Positions 18,344 through 28,316 of a stretch of DNA of 38,449 nucleotides are shown here, piece after piece (positions within the stretch are counted from its first letter, which is position 1; each line of letters begins with the position of its first letter). A program made the translations under genes and the position numbers. The DNA is from Myxococcota bacterium (GTDB lineage: Bacteria > Myxococcota_A > UBA796 > SXON01). Under the pieces are notes generated by a model that saw only the letters and a list, made by a program, of their open reading frames with translations, made no database searches and was not told where the DNA came from. The DNA lies in contig JAZKFH010000028.1 in NCBI GenBank assembly GCA_040386535.1, positions 53,868 through 92,316 on the forward strand, in the 5' to 3' direction.

Positions 18344-19391
18344 CCCCATCGTCGGGGCTCCGGCGCCGTCCCCCCCGACGCCGGAACGCCGCCCCCACCA
18401 GGAACACGCTCGGCACGAACGCGAACGCGCAGAGCGAGCCCCCGAAGTCGCACGTGATGGCGTCGCTGGTCTCCTCGAGATCGACGCCGCAGCTGGGGAG
18501 ATCGTCGGGTAGCACGAGGCTCGTGGGCGCGAGCGTGCCGGCGTAGAAGGTCGCGTCCATGCACGAGTAGGAGTTGTCGCCCATGCAGTCCCAGCAGTAC
18601 GCGCCGAAGGACGGGAGCAGAACGCAGGGGTCGTCCCCTAGCGCGGCGAGCACGGCCAGATCCACGACGGCGTTGCCCTCCACACCGCCGGCCGCGGATC
18701 CATCGCCGAGGAACCCAAGGCGGAGCCGCAGGTCCTGGACGTGCGTGGGCAACGGGTCCGTCGGGACCTCCAAGGCGTCGAGCGACCAGGTGAACAGGCC
18801 CGTGGGCGAGAGCGTGCCCGTGGCGCGGAGCACGTCGCACCACGCCTCCCCGTCCGTGGTGGCGGCGATGCGGAAGTGGGCTCCCGCCTCGTCGACGGAG
18901 ACGATCTGCAGGGCGGTGTCCGCGAGGTAGGTCAGCGCAATTCCTCCGAACCCGTTCGGTGCGGTGATGGCGAAGCTGTCGGCGTCGGGCTGGTAGACCC
19001 GCCCGAGCACGTTGGCGGGATCGAACGCCGGATCCACGCCGTACGGCAGCACGGTGAAGGGCCCCTCCACCGCCTGGTAGACGCCCACGATGCTCTCCAG
19101 CTCGTAGTCACCGGGCGCGAGCGCCTCGCTCGGCACGAACCAGTGGAAGAAGCCCTCCCGGCCCACGGCGCGGTCGTACATCCACTCGATTCCGTCGACG
19201 TCGCGCACGATCGGCCGCGCCGTCTCGTAGGCGCCGTCGTCGGTGAGCTCGAACGACAGCGGATCCCAGCCGGCCTCGCCCCACGCCCCCCACGCCTCGA
19301 CGCGCACCGGCGGCGGCGCCTCGACGACCTTCTCGGGGGGTGGAAGAGACCCGGTGGCGGGCCAACAGCCGAGCGCGGCGAGCAGGAGCAT
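18327..19391 (-). CDS. Hypothetical lipoprotein with Cys-rich C-terminus and terminal TM/basic tail
   Basis: MLLLAALGC; C-terminal CDFGGSLCAFAFVPSVFLVGAAFRRR. The ORF is open to 19451. Confidence 0.75.
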   Translation of the reverse strand: MLLLAALGCWPATGSLPPPEKVVEAPPPVRVEAWGAWGEAGWDPLSFELTDDGAYETARPIVRDVDGIEWMYDRAVGREGFFHWFVPSEALAPGDYELESIVGVYQAVEGPFTVLPYGVDPAFDPANVLGRVYQPDADSFAITAPNGFGGIALTYLADTALQIVSVDEAGAHFRIAATTDGEAWCDVLRATGTLSPTGLFTWSLDALEVPTDPLPTHVQDLRLRLGFLGDGSAAGGVEGNAVVDLAVLAALGDDPCVLLPSFGAYCWDCMGDNSYSCMDATFYAGTLAPTSLVLPDDLPSCGVDLEETSDAITCDFGGSLCAFAFVPSVFLVGAAFRRRGGRRRSPDDGGARGL

Positions 19392-19432
19392 GCGGCCATC
19401 ATGCCCCACGCTCGCCAGGATCCAAGCGCCGA

Positions 19433-20611
19433 TCAGCGCACCGACGCCCACACCGCCATCCCGTCGGACCCGAGCTCGACGGAGAGCACCGGCATCGGGG
19501 GCGGCGGCGCGATCGGGTCGTACACGTGCACCTCGATGACGGTGTACGTCTCGATGATCCGCACGCGCTCGGGCTCCGGGCCCTTCAGGAAACGCACCGC
19601 CGCGAGGGCCTCCTCCTTCACGGTCGGCTCCTCCGTCCGCCGCGCCAGCGCCTCCAGGGTGGGGATGGCCGCGGGATCCCCGATGCGGACCAACACGTGG
19701 ATGATCGCGATGTAGCCCTCGGCATGGAACTCGCCGTCGAGGAGCTGGCGCAGCGTCGGCACCGACGTGCGGTCGGCGAGCACCATCAGCAGCTCGGTGG
19801 CGGCGCTCCAGGCGAAGACGTTGCGCTCCTGGATGACCGCCTCGTGGAGCACCGGGAGCAGGCCCGGGTACGCGTAGAACCGCAGCGCGTTCATCGCCGC
19901 GGCGCGCACGCCCCCGTCGGCATCCTGGCGCGCGGCGCGCGTGAGCACGGGGAGCGCCACGGCCCCCGGGATGCCCGAGCGGCCGAGCCCCTTCGCGGCG
20001 TTGATCCTAAGCTTCACGTCCGAATCGGTGATCAGGTCGAGGTACGCGGTCCACAACGCGGGGTGCTGCAACTTCTCGGCGGCGTTCAGCGCCGCCACCC
20101 GCACGCGGCGCTTCGCGACGCCGTCCTTCGCGATGAGCACGGTGATGTCCTGGTGCTCGTTGAGGCCGAGGTCGGCCAGCGCCTCGATCGCCGCGACGGC
20201 AAACCCCTCGTCGAGCGAGCGGTACGCGGTCAACACCTTCGGCACCGCCGCGGCGAGGCGGCTCCGGTCCTGCTTCTTGAGGATCTTCAGCGCCTTGTGC
20301 CGCGCGCTGTCCACGAGGCCGCCGGTCTCGAGCACCTTCTGCACCTCGGCGCGGGCGGCGTCGGTGTTGATCTCCTCCAGCGCGGCGAGCGCGGCCTCGC
20401 AGACGTTGGCGCTGGCGGCGGGCGGGCACGCGGTGCCGAGCGCGGTGACCGCGGCGGGGGTGCGGCGCTCGCCGAGGAGCGCGGCGGCGTCCTCGGCGGC
20501 CTTCGTGTCGGGGGCGACGAGCACGGCGGCGAGCTCGGCGTCGGACATCTTCTTGAGCGGTGCGGCCTCGGCGAGGTCGGCGGCGAGGACGAGGGCGAAC
20601 AACACGTGCAT
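19433..20611 (-). CDS. Secreted HEAT-repeat protein
   Basis: AGGAG RBS; signal MHVLFALVLAADLAEA; repeated VRxAAxxAL-type helical motifs (RVRVAALNA, LRINAAKGLG, VRAAAMNAL). Confidence 0.85.
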   Translation of the reverse strand: MHVLFALVLAADLAEAAPLKKMSDAELAAVLVAPDTKAAEDAAALLGERRTPAAVTALGTACPPAASANVCEAALAALEEINTDAARAEVQKVLETGGLVDSARHKALKILKKQDRSRLAAAVPKVLTAYRSLDEGFAVAAIEALADLGLNEHQDITVLIAKDGVAKRRVRVAALNAAEKLQHPALWTAYLDLITDSDVKLRINAAKGLGRSGIPGAVALPVLTRAARQDADGGVRAAAMNALRFYAYPGLLPVLHEAVIQERNVFAWSAATELLMVLADRTSVPTLRQLLDGEFHAEGYIAIIHVLVRIGDPAAIPTLEALARRTEEPTVKEEALAAVRFLKGPEPERVRIIETYTVIEVHVYDPIAPPPPMPVLSVELGSDGMAVWASVR

Positions 20612-20782
20612 GGGGCTCCTGGGCGTGGGGGCGCGGGGACGAGCGGGACGAGGAACGAGGCGGCGCCTGCGTCCGCACGGTTCCTACGTCCAGGCCGCGC
20701 GTTCGTTCACACGGAGTGGTGACGGGAGGTGTCCGAGTTGTGACAGGGGCCGGGCGCCGACGAGGCGCCGAGCCCGGCGCGA

Positions 20783-20942
20783 CCGTCCGAGGTCGGGGGA
20801 TGCTCGCCTACCCCCTCACTTTGGACGCTATGTCCGTCCGAGGTCGGGGGATGCGCGCCTATCCCCTCACCTTGGACGGTATGTCCGTCCGAGGTCGGGG
20901 GATGCGCGCCTATCCCCTCACTTTGGACGGTACGTCCGTCCG
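20783..20942. repeat. 51-bp tandem hairpin repeat, 3 units
   Basis: Units start at 20783, 20834 and 20885 (ccgtccgaggtcgggggatgcgcgcctatcccctcacyttggacgg...), with ccgtccg again at 20936. Each unit is self-complementary. Confidence 0.9.
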
Positions 20943-21115
20943 CGGGCGGGGCGTCAGATCGCGCTCCCCTCGCCGGACATGTAGATGGACACCGCCTCGT
21001 GCTCCGTGGTGTCGATCCACACCATCCCGTTCGAGCCACCTCGCGAGCGGGGCGAGAAGGTGACCCCGAGCTCGAACCCCTCGGACGGGATCCTCGAAGC
21101 GCGAGTGCCGTAGGC

Positions 21116-21745
21116 CTACGGCAGCAAGTACCGCAACATCAAGTCGACCAGCTCCGACCGCCAGGCCGTGTCCTTCAGGCGCGAGGGGTCGTCGAGGAGC
21201 TGCCCGTGGATGGCCGCCTCGACAGTGTGGGTCAGCAGGAAGGCCGCCGCGGGCAGGTCGCGCGGGCGGATGACATCGCGATGGCGGGTGAGCCAGGCGA
21301 GCACGAGCGCGCGGCCGGGGTCCTGCACCTCCGCGAGCAGCTCGCCGCCGTCCGCCAGCATCTCGCGGACCAGCGCCAGGTGCAGGCGCGGCGCCACGGC
21401 GTGCGCGGCCGCCATCGCGTCGATGAACACGGGCACGGCTTCGCGGGGCGACGCGTCCACCAGCGGCCCGGCGTGCGCCAGGAGCAGCATCATCATCTCG
21501 TCCGCGTGACGGCGGCAGAGGGCGCGGAGGATGGCCTCGCGGCTGTCGAAGTACTGGTAGAGCGTCCCCACGCTCACGCCCGCGAGCTTCGCGATCCGGT
21601 TGGTGGAGGGCAGCTCGCGGCCCTCGGCGCTCGACAGGATCCGAGCGGTGGCCTCCAGGATCGCGTCACAGCTCGCGCGCGCCCGCTCCTGAACGGGCGT
21701 CCGACGCCCATCGTGGCGCGATTTCCCGGCGGCGACCGTCGTCAT
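21116..21745 (-). CDS. TetR/AcrR family transcriptional regulator
   Basis: RRTPVQERARASCDAILEATARIL and HTH STNRIAKLAGVSVGTLYQYF. Confidence 0.95.
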   Translation of the reverse strand: MTTVAAGKSRHDGRRTPVQERARASCDAILEATARILSSAEGRELPSTNRIAKLAGVSVGTLYQYFDSREAILRALCRRHADEMMMLLLAHAGPLVDASPREAVPVFIDAMAAAHAVAPRLHLALVREMLADGGELLAEVQDPGRALVLAWLTRHRDVIRPRDLPAAAFLLTHTVEAAIHGQLLDDPSRLKDTAWRSELVDLMLRYLLP

Positions 21746-21764
21746 GGCAGCTCACTCCTCGAAC

Positions 21765-21788
21765 GCGAGTTCATACCCGAGCACTCGC
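21765..21788. promoter_or_regulatory. Candidate TetR operator
   Basis: Inverted repeat GCGAGT-N12-ACTCGC in the 71-bp gap between divergent tetR and P450. Confidence 0.5.
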
Positions 21789-21816
21789 TCACATATACCA
21801 GGGGGGCGAGGACTTC

Positions 21817-23136
21817 ATGCCATCGACCGCGCTCTCCACCACTCCCGCCCCGCTCCCGCGCATCCCTGGCTGGCCGTGGAGCCACCTGCTGCGCATGCGC
21901 GCCGACCCGCTCGATCTGATGGCCGAGGGCGCCCGCTTCGGCGCGGACGTGGTGCGCCTGTCGTTCGGGACGATCCCCGCGTACGTGCTCTACGCGCCGG
22001 AGGTGGTGCACCACGCGATGGTGTCGGGAGACACGGTGTGGAAGGGCACCCGTGGCTCCAAGCTGTTGCGACGAATCCTCGGGCCGGGGCTGTTGACGAC
22101 CGAGGCGCTCGTGTGGCGGGATCGGCGGCGCCGGGCCCAGGCGCGGTTCCGCCACGACGCGCTCGCGGGGATGCCGGCCGCCACCCAGCGGCATGCGGAT
22201 CGGCTGGTCGAGGACTGGCAGGGCGCGCTCCGGGACGGGGCGGGCGAGGTGGACGCGATGGCAGGCCTGTCCCGGCTGGCCCTTTCCGTCGTGTGTGAGG
22301 TGTTGTTCGGCATCGACCCGGGCGAGGACGCGGCGCGGGTGCACGACGCGCTCGACGAGGTGTTGTCGGGTTTTCTGTGGATGATGACGTTCCCCATCGA
22401 GGGCGTCGACCGGTGGCCCCTCCCCGCGAGCCGCCGCCACCGCGCCGCCGTCCGGGAGCTGCACGCGGTGGTCGAGCGGCTCGTAGCGCGGCGGCGGGCG
22501 CTCGGACCGTTGGAGGGTGACCTGCTGGCGGACTGGATCCGCGCCGCCGACGAGGGGGCGCTCTCCCCCGAGGACCTGCGCGCCGAGGTCGTGACGATGT
22601 TGCTCGCCGGGCACGAGACGACGGCAAACGCCATGTCGTTCACGTTGGCCCTGCTCGCGACGCACCCCGAGGAGCAGGCCAAGGTGGCCGCCGGGCTGGC
22701 CGTCGACGACCTCGTGCCGCTCCAGAACGCGTTCAACGAAGGCCTGCGGCTGTACCCGCCCGCCTGGGTCCTCGCCCGCGCGGTGTCCGCCGACCTCGAG
22801 CTGGGCGGCACCGTGGCGAAGCCCGGGAGCTTCCTGTTCGTGCCCATCGCGGCGATCCACCGGGACGCGCGCTGGTGGACCGATCCCGACACCTTCCGCC
22901 CGGACCGCCACCTCGCGCTCTCCCCCGCCGCCCGCGCGGCCTTCCTCCCGTTCGGCGTCGGCCCCCGCCGGTGCATCGGTGAACATTTCGCGCGGACCGA
23001 GGCCAGGATCGCGCTCGCCGCCGTTCTCCGCGCCTTCGACATCTCCGCGGACGCCGTGCCCGAGGCGCACCCGACGGTGACGTTGCGGCCCAGGGGACCG
23101 GTCACGCTGCGGCTGCGGGCGCGCGCGGCGGGCTGA
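21817..23136 (+). CDS. Cytochrome P450
   Basis: I-helix AGHETT, ExxR (EGLRLYPP), FRPDR and heme motif FGVGPRRCIG. Confidence 0.97.
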   Translation: MPSTALSTTPAPLPRIPGWPWSHLLRMRADPLDLMAEGARFGADVVRLSFGTIPAYVLYAPEVVHHAMVSGDTVWKGTRGSKLLRRILGPGLLTTEALVWRDRRRRAQARFRHDALAGMPAATQRHADRLVEDWQGALRDGAGEVDAMAGLSRLALSVVCEVLFGIDPGEDAARVHDALDEVLSGFLWMMTFPIEGVDRWPLPASRRHRAAVRELHAVVERLVARRRALGPLEGDLLADWIRAADEGALSPEDLRAEVVTMLLAGHETTANAMSFTLALLATHPEEQAKVAAGLAVDDLVPLQNAFNEGLRLYPPAWVLARAVSADLELGGTVAKPGSFLFVPIAAIHRDARWWTDPDTFRPDRHLALSPAARAAFLPFGVGPRRCIGEHFARTEARIALAAVLRAFDISADAVPEAHPTVTLRPRGPVTLRLRARAAG

Positions 23137-23219
23137 CGACGGCCCCGTCGCCAAACATGATTGTTCGGATCGAGCGCGCCGCGGCCCGGGTACCGTACGT
23201 GCCCCTTCGCGGAGCCCCC

Positions 23220-26200
23220 TTGCGCCTCCTCCCCCTCCTGCTCGCCTCCGCCCTGCTCCTCCCCGCCTGCGGCCCGGACGTGAACGTCACGAAGCGCGAC
23301 GTGGACAACGACGGCGACGGCTACACCGACAAGGTGGACTGCGATGACGCGCACGCCAGCGTGAACCCCGACGCCGTCGAGCTGTGCGACGGCCTCGACA
23401 ACGACTGCGACCTGCTCACCGACGAGGACGCGACCGACGCGACCACCTGGTACGCCGACCTGGACGGCGACGGGCACGGGGACGCCGACGCGGCCACCCT
23501 CGCGTGTGACGCGCCCGCCGACGCCGTGGCCGAGGCGGGCGACTGTGACGACGCCGACGCCACCGCCTTCCCCGGCGCCGCGGAGCTGTGCGACGGCGTG
23601 GACGACGACTGCGACGGCGTGGTGGACGAGGACGCCGACGACGTGCGCACGTTCTACGGGGATGACGACGGCGACGGCTACGGCGACGCGGCCGCCGGTG
23701 TCACCGCCTGCGCGGCGGGCCCGGGCCAGGTGGAGGACGGCACCGACTGTGACGACGCCGACGCGGCGATCCACCCCGACGCCGCCGAAGCGGACTGCGC
23801 CGACCCGGTGGACTACAACTGCGACGGCGCGGTGGGCTACACGGACGGCGACACGGACGGCGTGCCCGCCTGCGAGGACTGCGACGACGGCGACGCCGGG
23901 CGCTCCCCGCTGCTCCCCGAGGTGTGCGACGCGGCCGACCGCGACGAGGACTGCGACGCGGTCGCGGACGACGCGGATCCCTCCACCAACAGCGCCACGC
24001 ATTCGTCCTGGTACGCGGACGCGGACGCCGACACCTACGGCGACCCGGCCGACAGCACCGCGGCGTGCGACGCGCCCGCCGGACATGTTGCGAACGACGC
24101 CGACTGTGACGACACCGACGCCGCCGTGAGCCCCGCGGCGACCGAGCTGTGTGACGCTTCCGACGTGGACGAGGACTGCGACGGCCTCGCCGACGACGAC
24201 GACACCGGCGTCTCCGGGGCGACGACCTGGTACCGCGACGCCGACGCGGACACCTACGGCAACCCCGTGGTCACGACGGCCACGTGTGATCTACCCACCG
24301 GCTACGTCACCAACGACGACGACTGCGACGACACGACCAACACGGTGAGCCCCGCGGCGACCGAGCAGTGCGACGCTTCCGACGTGGACGAGGACTGCGA
24401 CGGCCTGGCCGACGACGCCGACGCGAGCGCCACCGGCGAGTCCACGTGGTATCGCGACGCCGACGCGGACACCTACGGCAACCCCGCGGTGACGACGTCC
24501 ACGTGTGACATGCCGACCGGCTACGTCACCAACGACGACGACTGCGACGACTCCACCAACGCGGTGAGCCCCGCCGACACCGAGGTGTGTGACGCGGCCA
24601 ACGTGGACGAGGACTGCGACGGCCTGGCCGACGACGCCGACGCGAGCGCCACCGGCGCGTCCACGTGGTATCGCGACGCCGACGCGGACACCTACGGCAA
24701 CCCGGCCGTCACCACGTCCACCTGTGACATGCCCACCGGCTACGTCACCAACGACGACGACTGCAACGACACGACCAACGCCGTGAGCCCCGCCGACACC
24801 GAGGTGTGTGACATCACGAACGTGGACGAGGACTGCGACGGCCTCGCGGACGACGCAGACACCGCCGCCACCGGCAAAGGCACGTGGTACCGGGACGCGG
24901 ACACCGACACGTACGGCAACCCCGCGGTCACGACGTCCACCTGTGACATGCCCAGCGGCTACGTCACCAACGACGACGACTGCAACGACACGACCAACGC
25001 CGTGAGCCCCGCCGACACCGAGGTGTGTGACGCGGCCAACGTGGACGAGGACTGCGACGGTTTGGCCGACGACAGCGACACGAGCGCCACCGGCAAGTCC
25101 ACGTGGTACCGCGACGCGGACACCGACACCTACGGCAACGCCGCGGTCACGGCGTCCATGTGTGAGATGCCCACCGGCTACGTCACCAACGACGACGATT
25201 GCGACGACGTACACGACGATGCCCACCCCGGTGGCGTCGAGGTGTGTGACGACGACATCGACCAGGATTGTGCGGGCGGCGACGAGGAATGCCCGGTGAC
25301 CCACTACGACGGCGCCTACTACGTCGACTCGGGGTACCACCTGAAGCTCTACGGGCGCATCACCGACGAGTGGTTCGGCGAGACCATGACCGCGGGGGAC
25401 TTCAACGGGGACGGCGTCGGCGACCTGGTCGTCGGCTCCTCCCAGTACCGGACGGGCATCTACGAGGGCACCGTGCTCGGCTACTACGGCCCCTTCCCCA
25501 CCGGCACCTCCCTCGCGTCGGACGTCGACTCCTTCGGCTACGGGGCCTCCACGCTCTCGGGTTCGGAGACCTTCGGCAAGCAGGTGTACAACCTCGGCGA
25601 CCTCGACGACGACGGCAAGGACGACCTCGCGGCCTACTACGACTACGGCGACGAGTGGTTCTTCTACAAGGGCGGCGACGTGAGCTACACCGCCTACACG
25701 ACCGCGGACCTGTACGTCTCGTTCTCGGGCTACGAATGCACGACCGTTTCGGGCGCCGGGAACGTGGCCAGCGCGGCCGGCAACGAGTGGCTCTGCGGAG
25801 AGGACGAGACCTCCGTGTGGCGCGGCACGGTGTACGTCCACTCGGGGTTCTCGGAGTCGGACACGGCCCTGGCCACGCTGACGGGCGAGAACGCAAACGA
25901 CTACGCGGGCCGCGGCGTGGTGACCGGCGGCGGGGGCGACATCGACGGCGACGGGATCGACGACGTCGTGATCGGCGCGCCGGGCGCCGACAACGGCGAC
26001 GTAGTCGACGCGGGCGCGGCGTACGTCGTGTACGGTCCCGTCACCGGCACGATCCCCCTGTACACCGCCGATCTCAAGCTCGTCGGTGGCGTCGAGAGCG
26101 AGGGCGTCGGGACGCGCATCCGGATCCCGGGCGATGTCGACGGCGACGGGATCGACGACCTGCTGCTGGGCGCGCCCTACGGGGGCCCGGAGGGCTACGC

Positions 26201-26612
26201 GAGGGGCGCCGTCTACCTCGTGACGAACCCGGCCTCCGGCGATGTCGCCACCCAGGCCGCCGGAACGGTCGTCGGCGGGGTCAACTACGACACCATCGGC
26301 GAGCGGACCCTGGACGCCGGCGACTTCAACGGGGATGGCGCCACCGACGTCCTCGTGGGCTCCGACGACAACGGCTCCACCTACGTCGCCTACGGGCCCA
26401 TCACCGGCATGATCGACCTCGCCACCGACGGCGCGTCCTGGACCGGCACCACGCTGAACGAGTACGTCGGGTACTCCGTCGCCGCGATCCCCGACAGTGA
26501 CGGCGACGGCAAGGACGAGATCGCCATGGGCGCCATCCTGCACGACTACACCACCGGCACCTCCAGCTACGCGTCCAACCGCGGCGCCGTCTGGATCTGG
26601 CTCGGCGAATAG
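23220..26612 (+). CDS. Large surface lipoprotein: MopE-related repeats plus FG-GAP/integrin-alpha-like propeller
   Basis: GGAG then TTG start, LLLPAC lipobox; WYxDxDxDxYG...DCDD repeats; C-terminal GDFNGDG.GDLVVG and GDVDGDGIDDLLLGAP repeats. The ORF is open from 23157. Confidence 0.9.
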   Translation: MRLLPLLLASALLLPACGPDVNVTKRDVDNDGDGYTDKVDCDDAHASVNPDAVELCDGLDNDCDLLTDEDATDATTWYADLDGDGHGDADAATLACDAPADAVAEAGDCDDADATAFPGAAELCDGVDDDCDGVVDEDADDVRTFYGDDDGDGYGDAAAGVTACAAGPGQVEDGTDCDDADAAIHPDAAEADCADPVDYNCDGAVGYTDGDTDGVPACEDCDDGDAGRSPLLPEVCDAADRDEDCDAVADDADPSTNSATHSSWYADADADTYGDPADSTAACDAPAGHVANDADCDDTDAAVSPAATELCDASDVDEDCDGLADDDDTGVSGATTWYRDADADTYGNPVVTTATCDLPTGYVTNDDDCDDTTNTVSPAATEQCDASDVDEDCDGLADDADASATGESTWYRDADADTYGNPAVTTSTCDMPTGYVTNDDDCDDSTNAVSPADTEVCDAANVDEDCDGLADDADASATGASTWYRDADADTYGNPAVTTSTCDMPTGYVTNDDDCNDTTNAVSPADTEVCDITNVDEDCDGLADDADTAATGKGTWYRDADTDTYGNPAVTTSTCDMPSGYVTNDDDCNDTTNAVSPADTEVCDAANVDEDCDGLADDSDTSATGKSTWYRDADTDTYGNAAVTASMCEMPTGYVTNDDDCDDVHDDAHPGGVEVCDDDIDQDCAGGDEECPVTHYDGAYYVDSGYHLKLYGRITDEWFGETMTAGDFNGDGVGDLVVGSSQYRTGIYEGTVLGYYGPFPTGTSLASDVDSFGYGASTLSGSETFGKQVYNLGDLDDDGKDDLAAYYDYGDEWFFYKGGDVSYTAYTTADLYVSFSGYECTTVSGAGNVASAAGNEWLCGEDETSVWRGTVYVHSGFSESDTALATLTGENANDYAGRGVVTGGGGDIDGDGIDDVVIGAPGADNGDVVDAGAAYVVYGPVTGTIPLYTADLKLVGGVESEGVGTRIRIPGDVDGDGIDDLLLGAPYGGPEGYARGAVYLVTNPASGDVATQAAGTVVGGVNYDTIGERTLDAGDFNGDGATDVLVGSDDNGSTYVAYGPITGMIDLATDGASWTGTTLNEYVGYSVAAIPDSDGDGKDEIAMGAILHDYTTGTSSYASNRGAVWIWLGE
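24150..25244 (+). repeat. Intragenic 219-bp (73-aa) tandem repeat, 5 units
   Basis: Units start at 24150, 24369, 24588, 24807 and 25026 (CDxxxVDEDCDGLADD...WYRDADxDTYGN...GYVTNDDDC). Confidence 0.9.
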
Positions 26613-26744
26613 CAGACACGACGCGCGGACCCCGACTCTCGCACTTCTGCACAGAGCGGGCCCGATTTGCGCGACGGTTTGAGCGGTTCCGCGCTGTCCG
26701 CCGCCGCGAGGACGGGCGAGGATGAAGGCACCTTCGGAGCCTCC

Positions 26745-28307
26745 ATGACCCGCCTCTCCCTGCTTCTGCTCGCCGCCTGCTCGACCGGGGGCCTCGAGTC
26801 TCCCGACTCCACCTCCCCAAGCCACGACACCGACTCCGCCGATTGGGAGGCCGACGCCGACACGGACGCGGACTCCGACGCGGACTCCGACGCCGACTCC
26901 GACGCGGACACCGATGCCGACACGGACGCCGACACCGACGTGGACACCGGCGACACGACGGACACCGACGCGGACACCGACACCGACACGGGCGAGGCGG
27001 CGTGTGACGACACCTCGCCGGTGATCCTTTTCCTGTCACCCGACGACTCCAACTCGACCTCCTCCCCCGCCCAGGTGCGCGACGCGGTGCTCGACGGAGG
27101 GGCGCGGCTGAGCAACGTCCCCATCCGCACGTGGGAGTTCTTCAACTACTACGACTTCGACTACCCCCGCACCGACGACGCCGTGACCGTCACCTCCTCG
27201 CTCGCGCGCCTCGACGAGAGTCGCTTCGTGCTCCAGATCGGCGTCGCGAGCCAGACGGTGGCGGTGGAGGAGCGCGAGCCGCTCAACCTCGTGCTCGCCA
27301 TCGACACGTCGGGCTCCATGGGCGACGCGATGAGCACGGTGCGCGACATCGGCGAGGCGATCGCGTCGAGCCTCCGCGAGGGGGACACCATCTCCATCGT
27401 CGAGTGGAACACCACCAACACCGTGCGGCTCGAAGCACTCGACGTGTCCGGCCCCGACGACCCCGCCCTGCTCGCGGCCATCGACGCGCTCGAGACCAAC
27501 GGCGGCACCAACCTGGACGCCGGGCTCGAGGCCGCCTACCGCATCGCCGCGCGCACCTTCGACGACACCCGCATCAACCGCGTGGTGCTCATCAGCGACG
27601 GCGGCGCCAACGTCGGCATCACCAGCAGCGAGCTCATCGCCGCGCACGCGGGCGCCGCCGACGAGGAGGGCATCTACCTCGTGGGCCTGGGCGTCGGCAC
27701 CGCCACCTCCTACTCCGACGAGCTCATGGACACCGTGACCGACCTCGGCCGCGGCGCCAGCCTCTTCATCGGGTCGCGCGCGGAGGCCCACCGCCAGCTC
27801 ACCGACGATGCGTTCCTGCGTGTCATGGACGTGGCGTGGCGCGACGTGGCCGTCGAGCTGGACCTGCCGCCCGGCTTCGCCATCGAGCGCTTCTCCGGCG
27901 AGGAGTACTCGACCGATCCGCGCGAGATCGAGCCCCAGCACCTCGCGCCCGACGACGCGATGGTCTTCTACCAGACGCTCACCACCTGCGCCCCCGAGCT
28001 GGCGAACGACGACGCGATGCTGACGGTCCGCGTGACCTACGAGGACCCGATCACCTCCGCGCGGCAGACCACCACCACCACCGCGCGGCTCGGCGATCTG
28101 TTGGGAGGTGACACGCGTCTGCTCGACAAGGGCGCGGCGGTCTACGCCTACGCCCAGGCGCTCGAGGCTTGCCAGGTCCGCGCCTCGTCCCAGTGGCCGT
28201 CCCTGCTCGCCCCCGCGAAGGCCGCGTTGGAGCGCGCCGAGGCCGCCAACCCCGGCGACATCGATCTGGTCGAGATCCGCGATGTCATCGAGGCGATGGG
28301 CGGATAG
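26745..28307 (+). CDS. VWA-domain lipoprotein (YfbK-like) with Asp-rich linker
   Basis: MTRLSLLLLAAC; DADTDADS repeats; MIDAS DTSGSM, GGTN and RVVLISDGGAN. Confidence 0.9.
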   Translation: MTRLSLLLLAACSTGGLESPDSTSPSHDTDSADWEADADTDADSDADSDADSDADTDADTDADTDVDTGDTTDTDADTDTDTGEAACDDTSPVILFLSPDDSNSTSSPAQVRDAVLDGGARLSNVPIRTWEFFNYYDFDYPRTDDAVTVTSSLARLDESRFVLQIGVASQTVAVEEREPLNLVLAIDTSGSMGDAMSTVRDIGEAIASSLREGDTISIVEWNTTNTVRLEALDVSGPDDPALLAAIDALETNGGTNLDAGLEAAYRIAARTFDDTRINRVVLISDGGANVGITSSELIAAHAGAADEEGIYLVGLGVGTATSYSDELMDTVTDLGRGASLFIGSRAEAHRQLTDDAFLRVMDVAWRDVAVELDLPPGFAIERFSGEEYSTDPREIEPQHLAPDDAMVFYQTLTTCAPELANDDAMLTVRVTYEDPITSARQTTTTTARLGDLLGGDTRLLDKGAAVYAYAQALEACQVRASSQWPSLLAPAKAALERAEAANPGDIDLVEIRDVIEAMGG

Positions 28308-28316
28308 CCGAGGCCC

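Noticed and set aside
20783..20942. CRISPR array or repeat-protein CDS (ORFs 19941..20984, 20560..21063, 20707..21039)
   Set aside because: No spacers; frames are open only because the period is a multiple of 3, and the translations lack protein-like composition.
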